Below are positions 27,298-35,930 of a stretch of 44,535 nt of DNA, one piece after another (positions within the stretch are counted from its first letter, which is position 1; each line of letters starts with the position of its first letter). A model generated the notes under the pieces. That model made no database searches. It had not been told where the DNA came from and worked only from the letters and a program-made list of their open reading frames with translations. A program made the position numbers and the translations under genes. The DNA comes from an uncultured Candidatus Saccharibacteria bacterium (GTDB lineage Bacteria > Patescibacteriota > Minisyncoccia > JAHISW01 > Tagabacteraceae): positions 1-44,535 of the forward strand of contig CAZRMW010000007.1 in assembly GCA_964601305.1 (NCBI GenBank). The letters are read 5' to 3'.

Positions 27298-27335
27298 TAC
27301 CATAGAGTTATAGCTATCGCTTCAACTGTATGGTG
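27298..27335 (+). repeat. 38-bp hairpin repeat, copy 2
   Basis: TACCATAGAGTTATAGCTATCGCTTCAACTGTATGGTG. Confidence 0.85.
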
Positions 27336-27365
27336 TTTTTATTTTTTTGTTTTATGCGCCCTGGT

Positions 27366-27403
27366 TTGACTTTTTGAATAATAGGTGTACACTTAAGGTA
27401 CAC
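27366..27403 (+). promoter_or_regulatory. Phd/YefM-type TA promoter-operator
   Basis: TTGACT-16-TACACT overlapped by GTGTACAC-TTAA-GGTACAC. Confidence 0.7.
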
Positions 27404-27429
27404 AAGATTATTTTTTAATATATAAAATT

Positions 27430-27678
27430 ATGAATACTAAATTTGTTGGAGTAAAAGAATTGCGTCAAAATATGGCGAAAATTACCCAAAATGCTCAAAA
27501 GAAGAAAGAAAGAGTGATTGTTTTGCGTAAAAACCAACCGATTTTTGAATTAAAGCCTCTTTCTGGAGAAGAAGCTCTTGTAGAAAGTTTTTGGAGAGAC
27601 ATCGAAGAAGCCAGAGAAGATGTTAGAAAGGGCAGAGTTTATAGTCAAGAGTATATTGAAAAAATGGTTGGCTTATGA
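27430..27678 (+). CDS. Phd/YefM family antitoxin
   Basis: VGVKELRQNM...VIVLRKNQPIFEL; overlaps toxin start. Confidence 0.85.
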   Translation: MNTKFVGVKELRQNMAKITQNAQKKKERVIVLRKNQPIFELKPLSGEEALVESFWRDIEEAREDVRKGRVYSQEYIEKMVGL

Positions 27679-27944
27679 AAACAGAGATAGTTTACACAGA
27701 TAGAGTTAAAAAACAACTAAATAAGTTTGATAATTCCCTGTCTCAAAAAATAGTTAAAAAAATTAAGTTTTATTCAAAAGCCAGCAATCTATTTACTTAT
27801 GCCAAAAAACTTAAGCCATTAAATAAAAATTTATATAGATTTAGAATTGGAGATTATCGTATAATTTTTGAAGTAGACAAAAAGGGGAATTTAATTATTT
27901 TAATAATACTCACAATCAAACACCGTAAAGATGTTTATAGTTAA
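27675..27944 (+). CDS. RelE/ParE family toxin
   Basis: YRFRIGDYRIIF...HRKDVY. Confidence 0.9.
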   Translation: MKTEIVYTDRVKKQLNKFDNSLSQKIVKKIKFYSKASNLFTYAKKLKPLNKNLYRFRIGDYRIIFEVDKKGNLIILIILTIKHRKDVYS

Positions 27945-27966
27945 ATAATTTTGCTATAATTTATTT

Positions 27967-28674
27967 ATGTCATTAATAAAAGTAGAAAATTTAGAAAAAG
28001 TTTATGGAGAAGGAGATGCGATTACTCGCGCTCTTGGGGGTGTTTCTTTTTCCATAGAAAAAGGAGAATTTGTTACTATTATGGGGCCGTCTGGTTCCGG
28101 GAAATCCACTTTAATGCATATTTTGGGCTTACTTGATAGGCCCACTGGTGGTGAGTACCTTTTTGATGGCACAAACATAGAAAAGTTAGACGATAAAGAG
28201 CTTGCAGAAATGAGAAGTAATAAAATAGGTTTTGTATTTCAGGCTTTTAATTTGCTTCCGCGAACTACAGTACTAGAAAATGTGAAGCTTCCATTAGTTT
28301 ATAGCAAAAAAAAGATAAATCATGAGAAAAGGGGAAAAGACGTGTTAACCAGCGTGGGGCTTGGACATAGACTATATCATTTTACTAATCAAATTTCTGG
28401 TGGAGAAAAACAAAGAGTGGCTATTTCGAGAGCCTTGGTAAACAAGCCCTCTATAATATTGGCCGATGAGCCAACTGGTAATCTAGACACAAAAAGCGGT
28501 GATCAAATAATGGGGCTTTTGAGAGATTTAAATAAAGAAGGAAATACAATCATCGTAGTTACTCACGAATCTGAAGTAGCAGAATTTGCCAAAAGAATAA
28601 TTTATCTAAGAGACGGAGAGATGGTAAGCGACAGAGAAGTAAAAAACAGGAGGACAAAATTAATGAACAAATAA
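27967..28674 (+). CDS. ABC transporter ATP-binding protein (MacB/LolD-like)
   Basis: GPSGSGKST, GFVFQAFNL, ISGGEKQR, ADEPTGNLD. Confidence 0.95.
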   Translation: MSLIKVENLEKVYGEGDAITRALGGVSFSIEKGEFVTIMGPSGSGKSTLMHILGLLDRPTGGEYLFDGTNIEKLDDKELAEMRSNKIGFVFQAFNLLPRTTVLENVKLPLVYSKKKINHEKRGKDVLTSVGLGHRLYHFTNQISGGEKQRVAISRALVNKPSIILADEPTGNLDTKSGDQIMGLLRDLNKEGNTIIVVTHESEVAEFAKRIIYLRDGEMVSDREVKNRRTKLMNK

Positions 28675-28677
28675 ACT

Positions 28678-29928
28678 GTGCTAGAAATTTTAACTCAACA
28701 TATTAGAAATGCTGTTAAGGCTCTTCTGTCCAACAAGGGCAGAAGTTTTTTAACAATGCTAGGGATTGTTATCGGTGTTTCTGCGGTGATAATTATTGTT
28801 TCTGTTGGAGCTGGTGCACAAAGCTTAATTTTAAATGAAGTAAAAACTTTAGGTACAAACTTGATTGCCGTAATACCGGGGCATACAGAAGAGGGTAGCG
28901 GTTTTGGAGCAATGCTTGGCTATACAGTTACCACTCTAAAATACGAAGACGCACTCGCACTTAGAGACAAAAAAAATGTTCCAAATATTGTAGATGTGGT
29001 GGCATATAGCAAGGGTGCTGGAGTAGTAGTCTACGGAGCGAATTCTTACGATACACAAATAAGTGGAGCCACGGCGGGGTACTTGCTCGTAGAAGGTGGA
29101 GTAGTTGCGAAAGGAAGATTTTTTTCACAAGAGGAGGAGAAAAATTTATCTAGAATAGTAGTTTTGGGCCACACTGTAAAAAAAGAATTGTTTGGAGAGT
29201 CCGATGCTGTGGGTAGAAAAATTAGGATAAAAAAACAAAGTTTTGAGGTGATAGGTATAATGGAAGAAAAAGGAATGGTAGCCATGCAAGATTACGATGA
29301 TCAAGTTCTTATGCCTATAAAAACTGCTCAAAAACTTCATGGAGTAAATCATATAGGGTTAATTAGGGCAAAAATAGACGAAGAAGAAAATATTCCTTGG
29401 GCGATAAGCGATGTAAAACTAACAATGAGAGAAAGGCATGATATAGAAGATACAAGTGGAAGAAACGACGACTTTACTGTAAGGAGTGCAGCTCAGGCTC
29501 TGGAAGTTATCACATCTATTACAGATGCTCTTAGATATTTTTTGGCAGCTATGGCAGCACTTTCGCTCGTGGTGGGTGGCATAGGTATTATGAATATTAT
29601 GCTTATATCAGTAACAGAAAGAACTAGAGAAATTGGCTTAAGAAAAGCGGTTGGCGCAAACAACACAAACATTTTAGGCCAGTTTTTGGTAGAATCTGTA
29701 ACAATTACTTTAATTGGTGGTATTGTTGGAATTGTTTTGGGGTTTATAGCCTCTTATCTTATTGCAATTACTATACAATTTCTTGGATATGATTGGGATT
29801 TTGTAGTTTCCTTTTTCTCTATATTTTTAGCTGTGTTAGTTTCGTCTGTAATAGGCTTAATTTTTGGCATTTATCCAGCTAAAAAGGCGAGCGAGCTAAA
29901 ACCAATAGAATCTTTAAGATATGAATAG
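28678..29928 (+). CDS. MacB/FtsX-type ABC permease
   Basis: RSFLTMLGIVIG, GGIGIMNIM, ERTREIGLRKAVGA, PIESLRYE; GTG start. Confidence 0.93.
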   Translation: MLEILTQHIRNAVKALLSNKGRSFLTMLGIVIGVSAVIIIVSVGAGAQSLILNEVKTLGTNLIAVIPGHTEEGSGFGAMLGYTVTTLKYEDALALRDKKNVPNIVDVVAYSKGAGVVVYGANSYDTQISGATAGYLLVEGGVVAKGRFFSQEEEKNLSRIVVLGHTVKKELFGESDAVGRKIRIKKQSFEVIGIMEEKGMVAMQDYDDQVLMPIKTAQKLHGVNHIGLIRAKIDEEENIPWAISDVKLTMRERHDIEDTSGRNDDFTVRSAAQALEVITSITDALRYFLAAMAALSLVVGGIGIMNIMLISVTERTREIGLRKAVGANNTNILGQFLVESVTITLIGGIVGIVLGFIASYLIAITIQFLGYDWDFVVSFFSIFLAVLVSSVIGLIFGIYPAKKASELKPIESLRYE

Positions 29929-29930
29929 TG

Positions 29931-29962
29931 TGTATTGACAGTGTAATTACAGATATTATAAT
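29931..29962 (+). promoter_or_regulatory. RelB/DinJ-type TA promoter-operator
   Basis: TTGACA-16-TATAAT overlapped by TGTATTGACA-G-TGTAATTACA. Confidence 0.75.
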
Positions 29963-29997
29963 GAAAATATTAAAAGAAAACATAAAATTTATATACT

Positions 29998-30267
29998 ATG
30001 AATACAACACTGCAAATAAGAATAGATAAATCTACTAAAAATAAAGCACAAAAGATTTTTAAAAAAATGGGCGTTGATATGACTTCTGGTGTGAAGCTTT
30101 TTTTAAATCAAGTTGTAAACACTGAATCCATTCCTTTTTCTCCAAGAACCAAAAATGGTTTTACTCCAGAATACGAAGATAAGCTTTTAAAAGAAGTTGA
30201 ATGGACGGAAAAATACGGAAAATCTTACAACACCATAGAAGAAGCCCATGCAGATATATTGAAGTAG
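29998..30267 (+). CDS. dinJ: RelB/DinJ family antitoxin
   Basis: RHH TTLQIRID...GVDMTSGVKLFL...IPF. Confidence 0.85.
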   Translation: MNTTLQIRIDKSTKNKAQKIFKKMGVDMTSGVKLFLNQVVNTESIPFSPRTKNGFTPEYEDKLLKEVEWTEKYGKSYNTIEEAHADILK

Positions 30268-30271
30268 TTTT

Positions 30272-30556
30272 ATGTACAAGATATTTTTATCTAATAGTTA
30301 CAACAAGTCTTTAAAAAAGATAAAAAAATCTGAAAAATATTTTGATATAGTCAAAAAAATAGAGCATGTAATCGGAATGATTGCTTCTGGAGAAGGATTG
30401 CCAAAAAAATATAAAGATCATAAGTTGCATGGAAAGTTTTCAGATTTTCGAGAGTGTCATATTAAGTCAGACTTGCTTTTGATTTATAAAAAAGATAAGG
30501 AAAAATTAATTTTAGTTGTCGTAAATATTGGCAATCACGGCGACCTATTTAAATAA
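30272..30556 (+). CDS. yafQ: YafQ family mRNA interferase toxin
   Basis: DHKLHG...RECHIKSDLLLIY...GNHGDLF. Confidence 0.9.
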   Translation: MYKIFLSNSYNKSLKKIKKSEKYFDIVKKIEHVIGMIASGEGLPKKYKDHKLHGKFSDFRECHIKSDLLLIYKKDKEKLILVVVNIGNHGDLFK

Positions 30557-30564
30557 TAATTAAA

Positions 30565-31848
30565 TTGTTATCAAAATCATTAAAAATTGCGTTTAAAGCA
30601 TTAAATGCGCACAAAGTAAGAACTGCTTTGGCCTTGTTGGGTATTACAATAGGTATTGCTACTGTGATAATTGTTTTTTCTGCAGGAGAAGGAATAAAGA
30701 GTTTGGTTTTAGGGCAAATAGAATCTTACGGAGCGGATTCTATACAAACAGAAATAAAAGTACCGAGCAGTAAAAAGGGGCAAGCGAGCGAGAGGCAAAG
30801 CGCCACAAGTATAATGATGGGAGTACAGGTAACGACAATGACCCTGGAAGATATGGAAGATATAAGCAAGTTGGAAAATATAAAAACTGGGTACGGTGCA
30901 ATAATGATGCAAGAACCAGTAAAAAGCGAAGACGATATGAGGCGCACCTTGGTGTTTGGAGTGAGTTCTTCTTTTATAGATATAGATAAAAGCGAGGTGG
31001 AATACGGTAGATTTTTTACAGACGCAGAAGACAGGGGTCTTGCACAAGTGGCTGTTTTGGGCTTGAAGATGAAAGAAAAGCTTTTTGGAGAGAGCGATGT
31101 TTTGGGAAGATCTATAAAAATAAGAAATGCTAGGTTTAAAGTAATTGGTGTAATGAAAGAAGCTGGCGCAGTGATGGGGTTAGATTTTGATGATTTTATA
31201 TATATACCAGTTCGTTCAATGCAAAAAAGAGTGGCAGGAATAAATTATATTCATTATATGCTCCACCAAACTCATGATGTAACCCAAGCAGACAAAACTG
31301 CCGAGCAAATAAGAGTACTTCTTAGAGAAAATCATGAGATAGCACCACCTCAAGAAGCTAGAGAAGGGTGGGCAGACACAGGTAAAGATGACTTTCGAGT
31401 AGTAACAATGGAAGAAATGATGGATACACTCGGTACTGTAACAGACGCTCTTACATATTTGCTTTTAGCCATTGTAGCCATCTCTCTTATTGTTGGTGGG
31501 GTAGGAGTAATAAATGTTATGTACGTAATAGTAAATGAACGAACATCAGAAATTGGTTTACGAAAAGCTGTTGGAGCTACCTATAAAAACATTATGCTTC
31601 AATTTTTAATGGAGTCTGTTTTGATTACGCTTCTCGGAGGGGTGATAGGTATTGTTATAGGCATAGCAATGTCTTATCTAATTTTCTTTGGGGCAGCACA
31701 CGCCGGATTTGAATGGAATTTTGTTTTGCCTATTCGAGGCTTTGTGGTGGCTCTCTTGTTTTCCCTAATTTCTGGGGTTTTGTTTGGAGTTTTTCCAGCA
31801 AGAAAAGCCGCCCGCATGGATCCAATAGATGCCCTCAGGCATGAGTAA
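30565..31848 (+). CDS. Second MacB/FtsX-type ABC permease
   Basis: RTALALLGITIG, GGVGVINVM, ERTSEIGLRKAVGA, DPIDALRHE; TTG start. Confidence 0.92.
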   Translation: MLSKSLKIAFKALNAHKVRTALALLGITIGIATVIIVFSAGEGIKSLVLGQIESYGADSIQTEIKVPSSKKGQASERQSATSIMMGVQVTTMTLEDMEDISKLENIKTGYGAIMMQEPVKSEDDMRRTLVFGVSSSFIDIDKSEVEYGRFFTDAEDRGLAQVAVLGLKMKEKLFGESDVLGRSIKIRNARFKVIGVMKEAGAVMGLDFDDFIYIPVRSMQKRVAGINYIHYMLHQTHDVTQADKTAEQIRVLLRENHEIAPPQEAREGWADTGKDDFRVVTMEEMMDTLGTVTDALTYLLLAIVAISLIVGGVGVINVMYVIVNERTSEIGLRKAVGATYKNIMLQFLMESVLITLLGGVIGIVIGIAMSYLIFFGAAHAGFEWNFVLPIRGFVVALLFSLISGVLFGVFPARKAARMDPIDALRHE

Positions 31849-31898
31849 AAGGTCAAAAAAAGGGGTATTGTAGTCAAATCAGTAGTTGATTTTCTTTA

Positions 31899-32147
31899 TT
31901 ACTGATAGTGATTATTAATATCAATAATTTCTATAGCTGATTTTCTGCAATAAACAAAAATTGCTCTGTATTTTTTGGTAACACGAAAACTATAGATTTT
32001 TAGGTGTTTTGGTTCAAGAGTTTTTGTATGAAGACTTGGGTGAAAAGGATCAATCTCAAGAAATGTTTTTTGTTTCTTAAAAGCTTTTTCTATATTGTGT
32101 TCTCTAACATAAGCAGTTAATCTTTTGGGCAGGGAAAAAACTTTCAT
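31899..32147 (-). CDS. RelE-superfamily toxin
   Basis: PFHPSLHT...YSFRVTKKYRAIF; basic, 82 aa. Confidence 0.8.
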   Translation of the reverse strand: MKVFSLPKRLTAYVREHNIEKAFKKQKTFLEIDPFHPSLHTKTLEPKHLKIYSFRVTKKYRAIFVYCRKSAIEIIDINNHYQ

Positions 32148-32152
32148 AAGAA

Positions 32153-32386
32153 CTAACTAGATTTAGAAAAATATCGAGACTCTTTCAATCCTTTTTCTAA
32201 GCTTTTGATAAAATCTTCGTTGTAAAGGTTTGTTTTACGAAATTCGCGAAGTACTTTTGCAGAACTTTTTGTACTGGGTTCTTCCATGGTTTGTAATTCA
32301 AAAAACTTACGCAAAAGATCGTAACGCTTCTTTATTTGTTTTAGATACTTATACTCTATTTGTGGCAAAGTTATTGTTTGTTTCAT
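32153..32386 (-). CDS. Putative antitoxin
   Basis: 77 aa, 5 nt upstream of the RelE-like gene on the same strand. Confidence 0.65.
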   Translation of the reverse strand: MKQTITLPQIEYKYLKQIKKRYDLLRKFFELQTMEEPSTKSSAKVLREFRKTNLYNEDFIKSLEKGLKESRYFSKSS

Positions 32387-32426
32387 ACTTCTATCCTATC
32401 AAACAACATCAAAAAATCAACATAAA

Positions 32427-32453
32427 ACCCAGCGAAGCCTAGCTTCGCTGGGT
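32427..32453 (-). terminator. Intrinsic terminator
   Basis: ACCCAGCGAAGC-CTA-GCTTCGCTGGGT; short T tail on minus strand. Confidence 0.7.
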
Positions 32454-32457
32454 GTTG

Positions 32458-34029
32458 TTAGTTTTTTATAACACCGAAATTTTCTTTTGGTATTTCGTAT
32501 TTTTTGATGATTTCTTCGTTTGTGGTGTTTCTCTTTAGAAATATTATGGAGTAGCTGTCTGCAAAAACAGGTGCCCAGTTTTCATCTTGAATTTTTTCAA
32601 CTAAAAACTGTTGTCCCCACGGGGTGGCATCTCGGTGTGAGAAAAAGATAGTATTGAATCCATATTCTTTGTTCTTTTCTTTCCAAATTTCAGTATTTTG
32701 CTGCATAGGTATGTACTCTTCTGTAAAAAATTCTTCTGGATATGCTTCTGGTCTATTGTCTACATAAACCCTTTCTTTATCAAAAAGATGAAAAATTAGA
32801 AACCCTCCAATATCATAATTATTAAAAATTGGGCCGCTAATTTTTTCTTGTTTAAAAAATTCTATAGATTTATTTACTTCTGGCATTAGCCCCACCCCTA
32901 GTCTTGGGCCAGCGTTTTTAATTTTTTGGTATGTTTGAAAAATTCCAGAAACAGAAACTATAAGAATAAGCAAAGCAAAAAAAATATCAAAAAAGGTAGA
33001 AAAAGCCTTCGTTTTTTTGGGCGTGAAGTTCCTTATGTTGTAGGAAATGGTGGGTAGTGCAAAAAAGGCAAAGATAGAAAAATTTCTAATAGCTAGCCAA
33101 GCCATTATGCTAAAAATTACAGAAAGGCTAAAAAGAGTTATAGAAAATTTTTTCTTGTTAAAAACAAAAGATATTACAAAACTTAAAATAAGAAGAATAA
33201 AAGAAATTTTAAATAAATTGAAGTTCAAGTTGCTGGTGGTGCCAAGATTTTCTAAAAACCACACAGACTGGTTTTCTATAATTTTGTATCCATAGTTTTT
33301 GAAAATATTTAAAGGGTAGAGAATTATATTAAAACCAATAGGGTTAAACATAAAGGCTGTAATAGTAAAAATGGATGTAGCTATTAGCTCTTTTATCTTT
33401 TCAAATTTATCTTCTCTGGCGCTAAAAAATTGTTTGAAAAGAAAAAGGAAAACAATAAAAGGAGCAAAGAAAAAATAAATATGAACATTTACCCAAATGA
33501 GACCAACAAAAGGTAGTGCAATAAGCCATTTTGATGACGCGGTGTCTTCCTTGTGGTTCCAAAGTATCCATAAAAAGATTGCTAAAAAGAAATATGAGAA
33601 AACTTCTGGGCGGACTTCGCCACGATTTGCCATAAGAGGAATTAAGAGCAGAGAAACAAGAGTGGCTGTTGTGGTATTGCTAGCTTTTTGTGCAACATCG
33701 AAAAATATAAAAAATGTTAAAGCGCTTAGAAGTATATAAAAAAAAGAAAGTCCGCCAAATCCAGCAAGTTGAAATATAAGATAAAAAACAACTCCACTAC
33801 CCCAATGGTGGTTTATAAATGGATAATCTGCATGGGTGTAAGAGTAATAATTAGTTTTTAATATTTCGGTGCTAAAATTTTCCAAGATTATTTCTCCATT
33901 TTTTATGTGCCTACCTAAATCCGCGGTGGTGAGATTTATTTTTTCCATCAAGAAAAAACTAAACCATAGTACCAACAAGGCAATAACGGTGATTTTTATA
34001 ATTTTTGGTATCTTTTTATTGAAGTCCAT
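32458..34029 (-). CDS. Polytopic membrane protein, GT-C glycosyltransferase-like
   Basis: DLGRHIKNG, NHHW, RPE, WVNVH, FNNYDIGG, YVDNRPEAY; many TM segments; start trimmed to MDFNKK. Confidence 0.7.
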   Translation of the reverse strand: MDFNKKIPKIIKITVIALLVLWFSFFLMEKINLTTADLGRHIKNGEIILENFSTEILKTNYYSYTHADYPFINHHWGSGVVFYLIFQLAGFGGLSFFYILLSALTFFIFFDVAQKASNTTTATLVSLLLIPLMANRGEVRPEVFSYFFLAIFLWILWNHKEDTASSKWLIALPFVGLIWVNVHIYFFFAPFIVFLFLFKQFFSAREDKFEKIKELIATSIFTITAFMFNPIGFNIILYPLNIFKNYGYKIIENQSVWFLENLGTTSNLNFNLFKISFILLILSFVISFVFNKKKFSITLFSLSVIFSIMAWLAIRNFSIFAFFALPTISYNIRNFTPKKTKAFSTFFDIFFALLILIVSVSGIFQTYQKIKNAGPRLGVGLMPEVNKSIEFFKQEKISGPIFNNYDIGGFLIFHLFDKERVYVDNRPEAYPEEFFTEEYIPMQQNTEIWKEKNKEYGFNTIFFSHRDATPWGQQFLVEKIQDENWAPVFADSYSIIFLKRNTTNEEIIKKYEIPKENFGVIKN

Positions 34030-34076
34030 CGACTTAATTATACCAAATTTCCTGGTTTTTGATAAAATAAAGTTGT

Positions 34077-35054
34077 ATGGGAAAAATAAAAGTAGGAATT
34101 TTAAGGGGTGGCCCTTCAAGTGAGTACGATGTTTCTCTAAAAACTGGAGGAGAAGTTTTAAAGCACTTGCCCAAATCCTTTCATGGGGTGGACGTGCTTT
34201 TAGATAAAAATGAAAGATGGTTTTTGAACGGATATCCAGCAAGCCCTTCAGATGTTTTTAAAGAGTCAGACCTGGTTTTTAATGCTCTTCATGGAGAGTT
34301 TGGCGAGGATGGTGGCGCGCAACAAATTTTTGAATCTTTCAATTCTCGGTACACAGGGTCGCAGATAGTACCATCACTAATGGCAATGAAAAAAAACTTG
34401 GCCAGAAATATTTTTTCTAACTTTGGATTAAAAATTCCCAAAGCTTTATTTTTTAAGCAAGATCGTTTGTTTGAATCTGATTTTGAAGATTGGGCTGGAC
34501 AGGTATTTAATTTTATGGCTCCGCCCTGGGTGGTAAAACCTGTTTCTCTTGGTTCATCGGTTGGGATAAGTGTGTGTAGGAGCTACCCAGAACTTGTTTC
34601 TGGTTTAGAAAATGCCTTGAAATTTAAGCAAGATGTTTTGGTGGAAGAATTTATAAAGGGCAAAGAAGCTACTTGCGGGGTTATAGAGGATTTTAGGGGC
34701 GAGGGATACTACCCACTTCCTGTTGTAGAGATACTACCCCCAGAAGGAAAGTTTTTTGATTATGATGTTAAGTACAATGGATCAACAAAAGAAATTTGTC
34801 CGGCCGTTGGATTTGATAATTCTACAAAAATTATGATAGAAGAGATGGCAAAAATGGCGCATAGAGCTTTGGGGTGTAGACACTACTCTAGAGCGGATTT
34901 TATTGTCTCAGATAAGGGAGTTTATCTACTAGAAGTAAATACTTTGCCAGGGCTTACAAGCCAGTCGCTTTACCCTAAGGCTGCAGTTGCTGCGGGGTTG
35001 GAATTTCCGCGCCTACTTGACCATTTAATAAAATTGGCGTTGACAAAAGGTTAA
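34077..35054 (+). CDS. ddl: D-alanine--D-alanine ligase
   Basis: GGPSSEYDVSL, LHGEFGEDG, GSSVG, LEVNTLPG. Confidence 0.95.
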   Translation: MGKIKVGILRGGPSSEYDVSLKTGGEVLKHLPKSFHGVDVLLDKNERWFLNGYPASPSDVFKESDLVFNALHGEFGEDGGAQQIFESFNSRYTGSQIVPSLMAMKKNLARNIFSNFGLKIPKALFFKQDRLFESDFEDWAGQVFNFMAPPWVVKPVSLGSSVGISVCRSYPELVSGLENALKFKQDVLVEEFIKGKEATCGVIEDFRGEGYYPLPVVEILPPEGKFFDYDVKYNGSTKEICPAVGFDNSTKIMIEEMAKMAHRALGCRHYSRADFIVSDKGVYLLEVNTLPGLTSQSLYPKAAVAAGLEFPRLLDHLIKLALTKG

Positions 35055-35075
35055 CTTTTGTTAAACTTTTAATAT

Positions 35076-35324
35076 ATGGAGAAATTAGTTGGTTTAAAAG
35101 AACTGCGTCAGAATATGGCGAGCTATGCCCAAAAAGTACAAAAGGGTCAATCTTTTGTGGTGCTTAAACAGTCTAAGCCACTTTTTAGAATTGTTCCTGT
35201 AGATATGTGGGGAGATGAAGGCGAATGGGAAACTCTTATTGATTTTACAGAAATTAGAAAAGGTGGAATACCAGCAGAAGAACTGCTTAAAATAATGAAT
35301 GATTTTAAAAAAAAGAAAAAATAG
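35076..35324 (+). CDS. Phd/YefM family antitoxin
   Basis: VGLKELRQNM...FVVLKQSKPLFRI; paralogue of 27430..27678. Confidence 0.82.
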   Translation: MEKLVGLKELRQNMASYAQKVQKGQSFVVLKQSKPLFRIVPVDMWGDEGEWETLIDFTEIRKGGIPAEELLKIMNDFKKKKK

Positions 35325-35333
35325 AATTTTTGC

Positions 35334-35579
35334 ATGGACAAAATAAGTAAATTTTTAAAAAGTCTTTCATCGAGCAAAGAAAAAAAGATAAACAGATTAG
35401 TTGATGACATTATAAAAAACAACCTAGATAATCTTGATTGCAAAAAATTGAGAGGTATGATAAATATTTATAGAGTTCGCAGTGGAAATATTAGAGTACT
35501 ATTTCAAAAAACAAAAAGTGAAGAAAACGTAATTATTTCTATTGAAAATAAAAAAGAAAGTACATATAAAAATTTATAA
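35334..35579 (+). CDS. RelE/ParE family toxin
   Basis: KKLRG...YRVRSGNIRVLF. Confidence 0.8.
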   Translation: MDKISKFLKSLSSSKEKKINRLVDDIIKNNLDNLDCKKLRGMINIYRVRSGNIRVLFQKTKSEENVIISIENKKESTYKNL

Positions 35580-35655
35580 GGGCCCGTAGCTCATCTGGTA
35601 GAGCACCGCATTTGCAATGCGAAGGTGGCAGGTTCAAGTCCTGTCGGGTCCACCA
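35580..35655 (+). tRNA. tRNA-Ala(TGC)
   Basis: GGGCCCGTAGCTCATCTGGTAGAGCACCGCATTTGCAATGCGAAGGTGGCAGGTTCAAGTCCTGTCGGGTCCACCA; G3:U70 pair; encoded CCA. Confidence 0.96.
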
Positions 35656-35673
35656 AAAAAAAGGAGGAGAAAA

Positions 35674-35895
35674 ATGTTCTTTGAAGACGAAATAGTTGTT
35701 TTTTCTGACGAGGAAATAGTTGAAGGCGAAGAAGACGATCTTCTGCTTGATTTTGGAGGAGGGTTTGTAATAAGTATTAAAAAGACAGATTATGAGAGAA
35801 CAGAAGAAGGTATAAAAGTTCCCCGAAAAAAAGTTGAAAATACAATACCAATAAAATGGTTTTTACCAAACTGTGAAATTTACGGAGAATCATAA
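35674..35895 (+). CDS. Small acidic hypothetical protein
   Basis: SD AAGGAGG directly after tRNA-Ala; ATG 35674. Confidence 0.6.
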   Translation: MFFEDEIVVFSDEEIVEGEEDDLLLDFGGGFVISIKKTDYERTEEGIKVPRKKVENTIPIKWFLPNCEIYGES

Positions 35896-35926
35896 AAACC
35901 CCGAGCGCAAATGCGTCGGGGGTTTT
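35895..35926. terminator. Bidirectional terminator, homologous to 36764-36793
   Basis: AAAACCCCGAGCGC-AAAT-GCGTCGGGGGTTTT. Confidence 0.7.
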
Positions 35927-35930
35927 GTTT

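Noticed and set aside
25686-32386. Integron cassette array explaining the TA modules
   Set aside because: No integron integrase seen and no repeated attC-type RYYYAAC...GTTRRRY sites found between the genes
32458-34242. Long N-terminal extensions in the ORF track (also nusA 1855, hydA 17887, PaaX-like 21448, aminopeptidase 38095, efp 37995, ORF 35617)
   Set aside because: They overlap neighbouring genes, tRNA or promoters; downstream ATGs fit homology and initiation signals better
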